A stretch of 64,000 nt of DNA from an uncultured Planctomycetota bacterium (GCA_963737655.1 CAVTTN010000002.1:640001-704000), one strand, 5' to 3'. Positions 39,020-49,452 are shown, counted from the stretch's first letter. The notes: generated from the letters alone by a model not told the origin. Numbers and translations are program-made.

Positions 39020-40201
39020 CTAATTGAGGATTTCCAGCTTCGGCATCTTCGGCGTCTTGATGTTGTGGATGCTGATCTGAGCCGCGAGCTGCTCGACCAC
39101 GCCGAGCAAATAGGCCCGGGACGGGGAGTCCGGGGCCAGGGCCTCGCGGATCTTGCCCTCGTCGCCCCGTTCGCGGAGGATCACGTTGAGGGGGACCTCG
39201 CCGAGGAACGGGACGCCCATCGCCTCGGCCTTCCTCCGCGCCCCGCCCCGGCCGAAGAGGTAGACGCGCTCGTCCTCGGGCGTGGGGAACAGGCCGCTGC
39301 GATCGACGAGATCCCGGGCCTCGGCGCCTCCTCGGGTCTTCAGGTACGCCGGGATGTCGAAGAAGCTCATATTCTCGACCATCCCGAGCAGGGGCACCTT
39401 CAACTGTCGGAACATGGCCACGGCGCGGACGGCGTCGAGCAGGGCGACTTCCTGGGGAGTGCAGACCACCACGGCGCCGGTCAGCGGGAGGCTCTGCGCG
39501 AGCGACAGGGGGACGTCTCCGGTCCCCGGCGGCAGGTCGATCACGAGGTAATCCAGGGTTCCCCACTCCACCTGGTGGAGGAACTGCTGGATGATCCCGT
39601 GGAGCATCGGGCCTCGCATGATCATGGCCTTCTCGGGCTCGACCAGCGAACCCATCGACATGACCTTCAGCCCCCCGGGGGCCTCGATCGGCTCGATCCG
39701 CTCCTTGCCCTGGGCACCTCGCATCATCGGTCGGCCGACGGCGCCGGTCAGGTGAGGGATCGAGGGGCCGTACACGTCGGCGTCCATCAGGCCGACCTTC
39801 GCCCCGTAAGTCTGCAATCCGTAAGCGATTGCGGCGGCCATGGTGGACTTGCCGACGCCTCCCTTGCCCGAACCCACGGCGATCACGTTCTTGACGCCGG
39901 GGATGTCCCCCTGCTCGATGATCCCCTTGCCCCGGACCTCGGCCGCCATCGTGATCGAGACCTTCAGGTCCTCGCCCAGTCGCGAGGCCAGGGCCTGGCG
40001 GACTTCCCTCTCGATCTGCGCCTTGAGCGGGCAGGCGGGGGTGGTCAGGTTGATCGTCAGGCTGACGTGACCGTCGGACGCCTTCACGTCCTTGACCATC
40101 CCGAGGTCCACGAGGTCTCGGCCGATCTCGGGATCTTTCACGCCCTTCAGCGCGTCGAGGACGTCTCTCTCGGAGAGGGAAGGGCTCTTCTTGCCGAACA
40201 T
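39020..40201 (-). CDS. mrp: Mrp/ApbC (NBP35) Fe-S cluster carrier ATPase
   Basis: N-terminal DUF59 (VKDPE..LTTPACP); GKGGVGKST, DADVYGPS, DLPPGTGD, VENMS. Confidence 0.93.
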   Translation of the reverse strand: MFGKKSPSLSERDVLDALKGVKDPEIGRDLVDLGMVKDVKASDGHVSLTINLTTPACPLKAQIEREVRQALASRLGEDLKVSITMAAEVRGKGIIEQGDIPGVKNVIAVGSGKGGVGKSTMAAAIAYGLQTYGAKVGLMDADVYGPSIPHLTGAVGRPMMRGAQGKERIEPIEAPGGLKVMSMGSLVEPEKAMIMRGPMLHGIIQQFLHQVEWGTLDYLVIDLPPGTGDVPLSLAQSLPLTGAVVVCTPQEVALLDAVRAVAMFRQLKVPLLGMVENMSFFDIPAYLKTRGGAEARDLVDRSGLFPTPEDERVYLFGRGGARRKAEAMGVPFLGEVPLNVILRERGDEGKIREALAPDSPSRAYLLGVVEQLAAQISIHNIKTPKMPKLEILN

Positions 40202-40235
40202 CGGGAGGGTACCTCGGTCGGTCGTGGGGTGCGGA

Positions 40236-40685
40236 TCAATCGAGAGGAGGGAACAGGCCGTCCCAGGGCTGGGCCTCGGGGACGCGGTCCGGGGCCCATC
40301 CGTCGCCTTCGGCCCGCCGGAGGGCCAGGGGGAGCCACCGGGCGAGGATCGCCTCGACTTCCGGAGGCGTCGCCGGGCCGGTCAGGACGTGGGTGGCGCC
40401 GAGCTCCCGGGCCAGGAGGGGCAGGTCGGAGGTCGCCGAGGGGTCCAGGGCCAGGAGCAGGGCGTTGGGCGACGCCGCCACGGCCCGGCCGATCGCCTCC
40501 AGGTTCGCGCGGAGCCGGACGGACAGGTCCAGCACCACCAGGGGACTCGCCGAGCGGCTCGCCGCCCCCTGGAGGTCCGCCGCGGACCGCGACTCGACCA
40601 GGACCACCGGCCACGACGCCACCCGGGGGCGGAGCTGACGGGCCCACCGACCGATTCTCTCGTGGACGATCAGGGGCAGGCGCAT
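40236..40685 (-). CDS. Hypothetical protein, degenerate CheY-like receiver fold
   Basis: LIVHE, LVVLDL, ARELGATHVL pattern. Confidence 0.55.
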   Translation of the reverse strand: MRLPLIVHERIGRWARQLRPRVASWPVVLVESRSAADLQGAASRSASPLVVLDLSVRLRANLEAIGRAVAASPNALLLALDPSATSDLPLLARELGATHVLTGPATPPEVEAILARWLPLALRRAEGDGWAPDRVPEAQPWDGLFPPLD

Positions 40686-40991
40686 CGCGGCGGGGCCTCC
40701 CCGGGACTTCGGAGCCGGAAGCCGGTTCATTCTATCAGGGGCGTGCCCGGGTGGCGAGACGCCGAACGCCCAGGGCAGGCGAGACGGCGGATCCGGCCCG
40801 GGGCCGGGAACTGGCGAGGAAGTGTTCATGTCGAGGAGATTGACGCGCCCGCCCACCAAAGCTCCCGCCCTACCTTGCGGACGCCGCCACAATTTGCGGT
40901 GATAGCCTCGGCGATGGCGGGCCCGACGAAATCCGGCGATCGACCCTCGTCGATCCCTGGGACAGACCAATTTCCACAAGAGGATCGGGCG

Positions 40992-42094
40992 ATGTCTCGG
41001 CAAGTGTTCGTGGCCATGTGGCAGTTGCCCACCGGAGGAAATGAGCTTCGGGTCGATTTCGTGGCCGACAGCGACATGGAGACGAAGTGCGGACTGATCG
41101 ACACGATGCTCCAGCACGCCGAGATCGAGATCCGGCAACTCCCGGTCACGTCCAAAGGGAATGAGAAACCAATCACGATCTTCCTGGCACCCGAGTATTA
41201 CTTCAAGAAGGGCAACGCGAGAAACTGCTACAGCAGGAGCGATCGCGACGTCATGGTGAAGTCCATGCACAAGCTGGCGAAGAACCACGCGGACACGCTG
41301 ATCATCCCCGGTACGATCATGTGGTCGAAGTCGGCGATCGGGAAGGCTGACAAGGCGCGGAAACGCCTCGAAACGGCGGTACAATTCGGAGGCCTCTCCA
41401 AGGAGGACCGGGAAAAAGGGGACCAAAAACTCAAGAAGTCCGGCCTCTTCAACACGGCCTACCTGGCGAGGAACACGGCCTACATGTTCTACAACTCGAC
41501 AGCTTATAAGTATCACAAAATGGTCGATGCTTCCGAGGTGATCGACGCCGAGTCGGAGTCCACGATCTTCATCCCCGGCGATCGCCCCGGGATCTTCACG
41601 CTCCCGGACGGCGGGCCGAAGGTCGGCGTCCAGATCTGTGCCGACCACGACGTCATGCCTCTCTGGGAGATGGTTGACCTCCACATCGTGGTCTCGGCGT
41701 CGGTCACGAAAAAGGACAAGCATCTTAACATACGCGACGGCGGCTACTTCATCCATTGCGACACGAAGCCGATCCACAACGAAGTCTTCCAGGTCCATCA
41801 AAACAAGCCGCAGGCCAGGAACCAGGTCGGGTCGAAGCCCGTGGATCACAGGGACTTCTTCAGCCAGGAGTACAAGAATGTGGGGCACGGGATCGCGGCC
41901 CTGCGCGAGGGGCCCAGACCGATCAGGAAATCCTTCGATATCGGAAGCGTCTGGAGAAGGAAAAGGACGAGGAGGAGCGCGGGATCATCGCCAGGACCAT
42001 CGATGAAAAGCTGAGGAATCCCAGTGCCCCGTCCGATCAGGCCCTCGCCAAGAACGTCGGCAACCTGTACATTTATTCGCTGGAGCTCACCTAG
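40992..42094 (+). CDS. Carbon-nitrogen hydrolase (nitrilase)-fold orphan protein (frameshift near 41910)
   Basis: IFLAPEYYF, YHKM and QICADH give an E-K-C triad; C-terminus continues in another frame to 42094. Confidence 0.6.
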
Positions 42095-42222
42095 AAGTCC
42101 GGCCCGGAGAAGCGGGCCTGCCCGAAGGGACATCGACCCGAAGGGACATCGCCGAGCCTCGATGCGCCGAAGGTCGAGAGCCGAGAGACTGAGGGCGGGT
42201 CGGGGGGAACACTCGGGCCGCC

Positions 42223-42252
42223 TTGAATCCCGACGGATCGCGGGGATAGAAT
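42223..42252 (+). promoter_or_regulatory. Putative sigma70 promoter of the cbpA operon
   Basis: TTGAAT-18 bp-TAGAAT. Confidence 0.5.
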
Positions 42253-42328
42253 CTCCTGTCCCTCCCGAGGATCGGGCCGGATGGTCCCGGGCTCCGGGTG
42301 GGGATCGTCGACGAGCGTTGAGGGTGCG

Positions 42329-43309
42329 ATGCCGCCTCGCGATTACTACGACGTCCTGGGAATCGCCCGGTCCGCCTCGGCCGATGAGGTCAAGAAGGCG
42401 TATCGCAAGCTCGCGCGGCAGCACCATCCGGACGTCAACCCGGGCGACAAGACGGCCGAGGCGAAGTTCAAGGAGGTCCAGAACGCCTACGACGTCCTGG
42501 GCGAGCCGGAGAAGCGGAAGCAGTACGACCAGGTCGGCCACGAGGCGTTCACGTCGTTCGGCGGCTCGGGCCCCCGGGCCGGGGCGTCGGAGTGGGCGGC
42601 CCAGGCGGGGCCGGGATACGAGAACGTCGATTTCTCGCAGTTCTTCGGCGGAGGCGGCGCGGCGGGCCCCGATCTGGGCGAGGGCGGCGGGATCTTCGAG
42701 GACCTCCTGGGCCGGATGAGGGGCGGAGGCGGCCGGGCAGGGCGTCCCCGGGGCCCTCGCCGCGGGCAGGACGTGGAGGCCGAGATCGCCATCCCGTTCG
42801 CCACGGCGGTCCTGGGCGGCGAGACCTCGATCGACCTGGCCCGCGAGGACGGCTCCCGCGAGAGCCTGGTCCTCAAGATCCCGCCGGGCACCGACACCGG
42901 CTCGAAGCTCCGGCTCCGAGGTCGCGGAGGCCCCGGCGAGAAGGGCGCGCCCTCGGGCGACCTGACCATCGAGGTCACGGTCGATCCCCACCCGTTCTTC
43001 CGCCGAGAAGGGAACAACCTGGCGCTGGACTTGCCGATCACCGTCGGCGAGGCGATCCTCGGAGGCAAGGTGGACGTGCCCACGCTCTCCGGGACGACCG
43101 TGAGCCTGGGCGTCCCCCCGGGGAGTTCCTGCGGCCAGAAGCTCCGGGTCCGAGGCCGGGGGGTCCCGGCCCACGGCGGCCAGCCCGACGGCGACCTGTT
43201 CGTCGCCCTGAAGATCGTGGTCCCGAAAACGATCGACGACGAGAGCCGCGAGTTGATCCGCCAGTTCAGCGAGCGCAACCCGTCCCGCCCCCGCGAGGGG
43301 CTCTGGTAG
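42329..43309 (+). CDS. cbpA: DnaJ-class chaperone without zinc finger (CbpA-like)
   Basis: DYYDVLG..HPD J domain, G/F region, C-terminal domain, no CxxCxGxG repeats. Confidence 0.85.
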   Translation: MPPRDYYDVLGIARSASADEVKKAYRKLARQHHPDVNPGDKTAEAKFKEVQNAYDVLGEPEKRKQYDQVGHEAFTSFGGSGPRAGASEWAAQAGPGYENVDFSQFFGGGGAAGPDLGEGGGIFEDLLGRMRGGGGRAGRPRGPRRGQDVEAEIAIPFATAVLGGETSIDLAREDGSRESLVLKIPPGTDTGSKLRLRGRGGPGEKGAPSGDLTIEVTVDPHPFFRREGNNLALDLPITVGEAILGGKVDVPTLSGTTVSLGVPPGSSCGQKLRVRGRGVPAHGGQPDGDLFVALKIVVPKTIDDESRELIRQFSERNPSRPREGLW

Positions 43310-43319
43310 AGACGGCCCC

Positions 43320-43616
43320 ATGACCATCCTCTCCCGAGAGCAGGTCGCCAGTCACCTGAGCGTGCCGACGTCCCTCCTGGTCCGCTACGAGGCCCGGGGA
43401 CTCGTCCGCGTGGCCCGGGACGAGAGGGGTATCGAGGGGTACGAACCGGCCGAGATCCGCCGGGTCTGGTCGGTGGTGAGCCTCCACCGGGACCTCGGCA
43501 TCAATTTGGCCGGGATCGAGGCCATCTTGAAGCTCCGGGCGCAGATCGACGACGTCCACGCCCGGCTCCAGGAGATCACCGACCGGCTCCGCGACGCCCT
43601 GGAGGCCGAGGCATGA
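43320..43616 (+). CDS. CbpM/HspR-like MerR-family chaperone modulator
   Basis: RDLGINLAGIEAIL; directly downstream of cbpA. Confidence 0.8.
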   Translation: MTILSREQVASHLSVPTSLLVRYEARGLVRVARDERGIEGYEPAEIRRVWSVVSLHRDLGINLAGIEAILKLRAQIDDVHARLQEITDRLRDALEAEA

Positions 43617-43873
43617 ATGAGCCGCGCAAGGACGGCCAGCCGGGCGAGCCGGGCCTCCCTCCATCGGGCCACCCGGGCTCGGGCACCGAGGCCGGCCGGC
43701 GGAGGACGGCCAGGGCCATCGGGATGTTCGCCGGGGTCAGCCTCTCGGGCGTGACCCTGCTCGGGGGGCTGGCGATCTGGCACCTCTCGCGACGGGCCCG
43801 GCTGATCCGGGAGCGGGCCTCGCCCGTGAAGGACGCCCGATGGCCCGAGCTCCCGGACGTCGCGGACTCATGA
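43613..43873 (+). CDS. Small single-TM hypothetical protein
   Basis: ATGA overlaps at both ends; hydrophobic stretch followed by a basic patch. Confidence 0.55.
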   Translation: MNEPRKDGQPGEPGLPPSGHPGSGTEAGRRRTARAIGMFAGVSLSGVTLLGGLAIWHLSRRARLIRERASPVKDARWPELPDVADS

Positions 43874-44243
43874 CCGCCCAGACCTTCCGCCCTCACGAGC
43901 GAATCCGCGACCCGAAGGACTTCCGTCGGGCGTTCGACCGCAAGCGCTCGGCCTCCGACGACGCCCTGATCGTCTACGCCGTCGAGAACGGCCGCGCCCA
44001 CGCGAGGCTGGGGATCTCGATCTCGAAGAAGAAGGTCAAGACGGCCGTGGCCAGGAACCGGGTCAAGCGGCTCGTCCGCGAGGCGTTCCGCCTGGGCAAG
44101 TCGGAGATCCCGCCGGGGATTGACGTCGTCATCGTCCCGAGAGGACCGTCCCTGACCTTCGATCGCGCGGTCCTCGCCGTGCCCGGCCTCGCCCGGGCCG
44201 CCGCCCGAAGGCTCGACCGCCGCCCCGGGGCCCCCGGCCGTGA
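43870..44243 (+). CDS. rnpA: Ribonuclease P protein component (3' end probably frameshifted)
   Basis: RLGISISKK..AVARNRVKRLVRE; natural stop probably the TGA at 44241-44243, overlapping the yidD GTG. Confidence 0.88.
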
Positions 44244-44483
44244 TCGCCCGGGTCGTCGGGTCCCTCAGCCGGGCGGTGATTGCGGTCCTGGTGGCGTTCA
44301 TCCGGCTCTACCAGGTCACGCTCAGCCCCTTGCTCGGGCCGATGTGCAGGTTCGAGCCCCTCGTGCAGTCACTACACGGTCGAGGCGCTCCGCAAGTACG
44401 GGGTGATCCGCGGCCTCTGGAAAGGGGCCGGGCGGATCTGCCGATGCAACCCGTGGAACCCCGGCGGATTCGACCCGCCGTGA
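44240..44483 (+). CDS. yidD: Membrane protein insertion efficiency factor (frameshift at about 44357-44360)
   Basis: YQ..LSP...CRFEP/SCSHY...[12 protein letters not shown]. Confidence 0.9.
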
Positions 44484-44547
44484 TCGCGAGGACGGGAGTG
44501 TCATCCCCGGCGCGCGGAATGCGGTCCAATCCGTCGAGGAACCCGCG

Positions 44548-45279
44548 ATGAGCAACCCCATCACCCGCCTGGTCGAGTGGCTCGGCGGCCACGAGCTGGT
44601 CGTCCTCCTCGGCTCGCTCGTGGTCGTGGCGGGGACGTGGGGCTTCTTCCGGCTCGCCTCGGAGGTCCGCGAGGGGGAGACGCGATCGCTCGACGCCCGC
44701 TTGATCCGCGGCCTCCGCACCGCCGAGGACCCGTCGGTCCCGATCGGCCCCCCGTGGATGGAGGAGGTGGGCCGGGACGTCACGGCCCTGGGATCGGTGA
44801 CCGTGATCGTGATCGTCGGGCTGATCGTGGTCGGCTATCTCGGGCTGGCGGGGAAATATGCGTCGATGGCCTTCGTGTTCACGGCCACGGCGGGAGGGTT
44901 CGCGCTCGCCTCCCTGCTCAAGGGATACTATCGCCGCCCGAGGCCGGAGGTCGTCCCCCACCTGATGAGGGTGTATAATTCCAGCTTCCCGAGCGGCCAT
45001 TCGATGATGGCGGCCGTCGTCTACCTGACGCTCGGGGCCCTCCTGGCCCGGATGACCCGGCGGAGGCGGCTGAGGTTCTATTGCCTGGCCGTCGCCGGCC
45101 TGCTGACGACGATGGTGGGGGTCAGCCGGGTCTTCATGGGCGTCCATTACCCGTCGGACGTCCTGGCCGGGTGGACCGCCGGGCTGGTCTGGGCGACCCT
45201 GTGCTGGCTGGTCGGCCGGCGGCTCCAGAGGCGAGGTCAGATCGAGCCGCCGGGCGACCCGGGAGACGTTCCTTCATGA
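44548..45279 (+). CDS. PAP2-family membrane phosphatase
   Basis: K-x4-RPRP, SFPSGH, SRVFMGVHYPSD. Confidence 0.92.
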   Translation: MSNPITRLVEWLGGHELVVLLGSLVVVAGTWGFFRLASEVREGETRSLDARLIRGLRTAEDPSVPIGPPWMEEVGRDVTALGSVTVIVIVGLIVVGYLGLAGKYASMAFVFTATAGGFALASLLKGYYRRPRPEVVPHLMRVYNSSFPSGHSMMAAVVYLTLGALLARMTRRRRLRFYCLAVAGLLTTMVGVSRVFMGVHYPSDVLAGWTAGLVWATLCWLVGRRLQRRGQIEPPGDPGDVPS

Positions 45280-46714
45280 GCGATTCGAGCGATGATCGCG
45301 GCTATCGGTCGTATCGAGGTCTGCCGACCCTCGCCGGCCTCGCCTCCCTGGAAGAGGCCGCGCGCCCGGGCCTGGGGATCGAGGCCGGCGTGGCCCGCCT
45401 GAAGCGATTCCATCACGCCTTCGTCCGGCTCCACGGCACGTTCACCGCCAGGATCACGGCCGAGCCGATCTATGAGCTCAAGACCGGCTTCTCGCACCAC
45501 GCCTACCTCTGCGCCGAGCATGCCGCGAGCCTCCGGACCCGGGTCGGCGAGATGCGCGAGCCCCCCTGGGGCTGGAGGCCGTCCCCCACGAGGGATTGAA
45601 GTCGTTCTTCGACGAGATCCTCGCGGCGCCGACGACGGCCGAGCTCCTCGTCGGGCTGTACGAGAAAGCCCTGCCCGCGCTCGACGACGCCCTCGCCCGG
45701 TTCCTCGCCCAGACGAACCCTCTGGCCGACGCCCCGAGCGTCCGCGTGGCCCGGTTCGCCCGGCTGGAGCTGGCCGACATGATCGAGTTCGGCCGGAAAT
45801 CGATCGCCTGCCTCGTCGATGACGGGTCCCGCGAGGCGATGGCCTCGTGGCTCGCCCTGCTCGACGCCTGCCTCGCCTCGGCCGGCGGCCTGGACGGGGC
45901 CGACGAGCCGTCCGGCTCGCCCATTTCGCCGCGATACTCGGCGACCCCTTACGTCTACGACCCCGTGCCGAGGCGGGACGAGAGGTTCCGCGACCTGTTC
46001 AACCAGGGAGTCAACGCCGAGGCGTTCCTGTACGACCCGAAGTATCCGGACCGGGCCAAGGTCCTCATGATGCTCTTCAAGAGGCTCCGGGAGATCGACG
46101 TCCCGGAGATGATGGCGAGCATCATCGCCCAGACCGAGGGGAAGCCCTGGGGCTACTCTCGCGACATGACCCGCCAGCTCTGGGACGAGGCCCGCCACGC
46201 CATGATGGGCGAGGTCGGCTTCGTGGCCAACGGCGTCGACTGGACCCGGGCCCGGATCACTCACAACTGGTCGCTCCGGCTCAACACCGAATGCTCGCCG
46301 ATCGAGCGCCACGCGGTCCTGTACTTCATCGAGCAGGGCCTCATGAACAAGACGGGCAAGCGGTTCGAGTGGGAGACCGGAGTGCGCTCGGGCGACCCCC
46401 TGGCGGCGACGATCCAGGATTACGACTGGGCCGACGAGGTCCTCCACGCGGCGATCGGCCGGGAGTGGTACGTCCCCCAGTTCGCCCACTGGAAAGAGGC
46501 GCTCGAGTTCGGCGATCGGTGCTGGTCCAAGATCCTGAGCAACTGGGTGGCGGTGAAGGAGCAGGGCCTCACCGATCACGCCAACTGGTGGCCCGAGGTC
46601 TATCGCCAGGCCTGCCGGCGCTGGGGAGTCGAGCCGGACCCCGAGGTCCTTGCCTACGATGAGACGTACGAGGCGAGACGGGCCGACCTGAAGGTCGTGG
46701 CCGCCAGCGGCTGA
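45276..46714 (+). CDS. Uncharacterised ferritin-like (diiron) protein (frameshift in C run 45561-45566)
   Basis: E..., DEARH, E..., DEVLH pattern; adding one C restores [18 protein letters not shown]. Confidence 0.65.
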
Positions 46715-46733
46715 GCCGAGACGGAGACGAGCC

Positions 46734-47132
46734 ATGTCCGAGAAGATCGCGAAGACGGACGCCGAGTGGCGCGAGACGCTCTCCCCCGAGCAATATCGCG
46801 TCCTCCGCGAGAAGGGGACCGAACGCGCCTTCACCGGCGTCTACTGGGACGAGACGGGCGAAGGCGTCTACCGATGCGCCGGCTGCGGCCAGGAGCTTTT
46901 CGACTCGGGGACGAAGTTCGACTCCGGCTGCGGCTGGCCGAGCTTCACCGCCCCGAAGGCCGACGACGCGATCGACGAGCACCCGGACCACACCTTCGGG
47001 ATGGTCCGAACCGAGGTCACCTGCCGCCGATGCGGAGGGCACCTCGGCCACGTCTTCCCCGACGGCCCCCGGCCCACCGGCCTCCGCTACTGCATCAACT
47101 CGGCGTCGATCGACCTGGAGAAGAAGGCCTGA
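46734..47132 (+). CDS. msrB: Peptide-methionine (R)-S-oxide reductase
   Basis: GTERAF, Cxx[27 protein letters not shown]. Confidence 0.97.
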   Translation: MSEKIAKTDAEWRETLSPEQYRVLREKGTERAFTGVYWDETGEGVYRCAGCGQELFDSGTKFDSGCGWPSFTAPKADDAIDEHPDHTFGMVRTEVTCRRCGGHLGHVFPDGPRPTGLRYCINSASIDLEKKA

Positions 47133-47151
47133 ACCCAGGGGAATATCCGGT

Positions 47152-47189
47152 CGGGTGGCATGCTTACGTCTTCGTAAGCATGCCACCCG
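47152..47189. repeat. 17-bp-stem palindrome between convergent genes (REP-like/terminator)
   Basis: CGGGTGGCATGCTTACG-TCTT-CGTAAGCATGCCACCCG. Confidence 0.7.
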
Positions 47190-47208
47190 GCCGATTCATC
47201 CCGGGCCT

Positions 47209-48156
47209 TCAACCGGGTCCCAGGCCCGTCACGGCTTTCATCTTCGCCAATCCGGTCCGGGCGACGGCCTCGGGGTCTTGCTTCCAGTATTCTCGGTGGA
47301 AAAGCTCCAGCGAAAGATAGCCGCGGAAGCCGATCTTGCGGAGAATTCCGAGGATTTTGGGATAAGGCGCCACGCCATCGCCCGGATACACGCGCTGGGC
47401 GTCGGTGATCTCGCTTCGCGGCGGATTCTCGGGATAATCGTTGGCGTGGATCACGAACATGGCGTCGGGGCCGAGCAGGTGGAGCCCTTCGAGGACGCTC
47501 CCGCCCTTGTAGAAGTGGTAGACGTCTCCCAGGACGCACGCCGACGGATGGTCGCTCTCCATCGCCACGAACACGGCGTCCGAAAGCTTGCCGAGGGTCT
47601 TGGAGAACCCCCAGACCTCGACCTGCGGCACGACCTTCTCGGCGTCTCCGATTTCGAGCAACGCACGATACCGCTCGGCGATCCGGCGGAGGTCCAGGTC
47701 GGCGCGATCGGTGGCCCCGGTGGGGGGTGCGGCGATCCGCGTCCCGCCGATCTTGCGGACCTTCTCCATGTCCTTCCGGGCCTGCTCCAGGGCCTTCGCC
47801 CTCTTGGACGGATCGTCCACGACCCAATCGAAAAAGCCGATCGCCGAGGGGATCGCCAGGCCGAGGTCCTGGGCCTTCTTGCCGAGGTCGTCGAGCGAGC
47901 CTCCCCCGGCGACGTGCTCATCCAGCTCGCGAATCCACGGCTCGACGGCCGAATACCCGGCCCTGGCGGCGATTTCCAGGACCTTCGCGATCGGCAGCTT
48001 CTGCCCGGAGATCGTGCTGGTATTCAGGCAGAACTGGATCGCGTCGGGCCCAGGAGGAGGGCTGGCCTCGGCCTTGACGGCTTCTCCGAGGAAGGCGCCG
48101 GCGGCCAGGGCGGCGGGTCCGGTGGCGATCAGGTTTCGGCGGGAGATTCGGGACAT
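47209..48156 (-). CDS. Tat-exported sugar phosphate isomerase/epimerase (TIM barrel)
   Basis: SRRNLI Tat motif; EVWG, DVYH, HAND, R..PGDG, SLELF. Confidence 0.88.
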   Translation of the reverse strand: MSRISRRNLIATGPAALAAGAFLGEAVKAEASPPPGPDAIQFCLNTSTISGQKLPIAKVLEIAARAGYSAVEPWIRELDEHVAGGGSLDDLGKKAQDLGLAIPSAIGFFDWVVDDPSKRAKALEQARKDMEKVRKIGGTRIAAPPTGATDRADLDLRRIAERYRALLEIGDAEKVVPQVEVWGFSKTLGKLSDAVFVAMESDHPSACVLGDVYHFYKGGSVLEGLHLLGPDAMFVIHANDYPENPPRSEITDAQRVYPGDGVAPYPKILGILRKIGFRGYLSLELFHREYWKQDPEAVARTGLAKMKAVTGLGPG

Positions 48157-48274
48157 CGCGGACGGGCCTCGGTGCGTCGATGACGTCGAAGGCCGCATCG
48201 TACCCGACGATCCCCGGGATTTCGAGTCGCCAGGCCCTCCGAAATGGCCGTGGCGCCGACCCGGGAAACCTCGG

Positions 48275-48321
48275 TGGAAACTCCGACCGCCGGAGGCTAG
48301 AATCAAGAATCATTCTCGATT
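48275..48321 (+). promoter_or_regulatory. fur promoter with overlapping Fur-box-like palindrome
   Basis: TGGAAA-17-TAGAAT (48275-48303); AATCAAGAAT-C-ATTCTCGATT (48301-48321). Confidence 0.65.
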
Positions 48322-48365
48322 CCCGGCCCCAGTCCGGCCGGGATCGCTCCGCCCGATCGCAAAGG

Positions 48366-48872
48366 ATGCCGGCCGTGGCCGAACCGTCCTCGCTCCGACC
48401 GATCCCGTCGGCGGCCCCTCCCGAGGAGAAGTTCCGGGAGTTCCTGGAGATCCGGGGCGAGAAGCTGACCGAGCCTCGCCGGATCTTGATCCGCCACATC
48501 TTCGATTCCCACAAGCACTTCGACGCCGACGAACTCGTGGCCGACCTCCTCGCCGCCGGCCGGAAGGTCAGCCGGGCGACGGTCTATCGGACGCTTCGGC
48601 TGCTGGTCGAGGCCGGGCTCCTCCGCGAGCTCCGCCTGACCAACCGCACCGCCTACGAGCACGACCACGGCTACCCCTCGCACGACCATTTGCACTGCAC
48701 CGAGTGCAACGCGATCATCGAGTTCAGCAACGAGGAGGTCCGCCGGCTCCGGGAATCGGTCAGCCGGGACCACGGATTCCGGGCGATGGGGCACCGGTTC
48801 ATCGTCTCGGGGGTCTGCGCCGCATGCAGCCGGGCCAGGAGCTCGCCGAGGCGCCGGCTGGACCTGATCTGA
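48366..48872 (+). CDS. fur: Fur-family transcriptional regulator
   Basis: SRATVYRTL, HDHLHCTEC, GVCAAC. Confidence 0.9.
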   Translation: MPAVAEPSSLRPIPSAAPPEEKFREFLEIRGEKLTEPRRILIRHIFDSHKHFDADELVADLLAAGRKVSRATVYRTLRLLVEAGLLRELRLTNRTAYEHDHGYPSHDHLHCTECNAIIEFSNEEVRRLRESVSRDHGFRAMGHRFIVSGVCAACSRARSSPRRRLDLI

Positions 48873-48975
48873 TCGCCGAGCGGCCAAGCTCAGCGGACCC
48901 ACACTGCCGAGTAAACCACGTAGCGATGCACGCGCCGCGGCGGTGCGGGGTCCGCTCCAGCAAAGGTTAGCCCAC

Positions 48976-49452
48976 CTATTCCAGCACCTTGAGGGCAACC
49001 CGCGAGCAATCCGGGAGGCCCCGCAACTGGTCGTGGATCGAGCCGCATGCGCCCAGATAATCGGGGATCGTCAGAATTCGGCAATTCTTGACGCTGTATC
49101 GGCCGCCCAGGACGGGGGGCACCTTGAAACCGTAGCATTGGCCGGCTTGCAACACCATGCCCGACGCCACCAGTTCGTCGACGAGCGGGATGGCTAGCCA
49201 CAGCGATGCGTTGTCCTCCTCGTCGATTAGCCGGCCGAAGTGCTCGCGGTCATCCGCGAGCTTCTTTAACGATCCGGCCCCGACGTCCAGCATGTGGACC
49301 GCGCCATCGGGCGTGACGATGAATAGGTCGCAAAGGCGGTTGACCAGCCAGAGCGTGAACTCTCGCGGGATCAGCCAGGACCAGACAGGGAGGGCCGCCG
49401 GCCAGTCAACGCCGGCGTGGTCGATCAGGTAGTCGTGGATCGAGGTGGCCAC
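48976..49452 (-). CDS. Tdi1/DUF1851-like immunity protein
   Basis: NRLCDLF..DGAVHMLD; CYGFKVPPVLGG.Y...N. Confidence 0.7.
   Translation of the reverse strand: MATSIHDYLIDHAGVDWPAALPVWSWLIPREFTLWLVNRLCDLFIVTPDGAVHMLDVGAGSLKKLADDREHFGRLIDEEDNASLWLAIPLVDELVASGMVLQAGQCYGFKVPPVLGGRYSVKNCRILTIPDYLGACGSIHDQLRGLPDCSRVALKVLE

Noticed and set aside
43840..44406. C-terminally extended RnpA overlapping yidD
   Set aside because: Likely an indel in the G/C runs at about 44221-44236 that skips the stop at 44241
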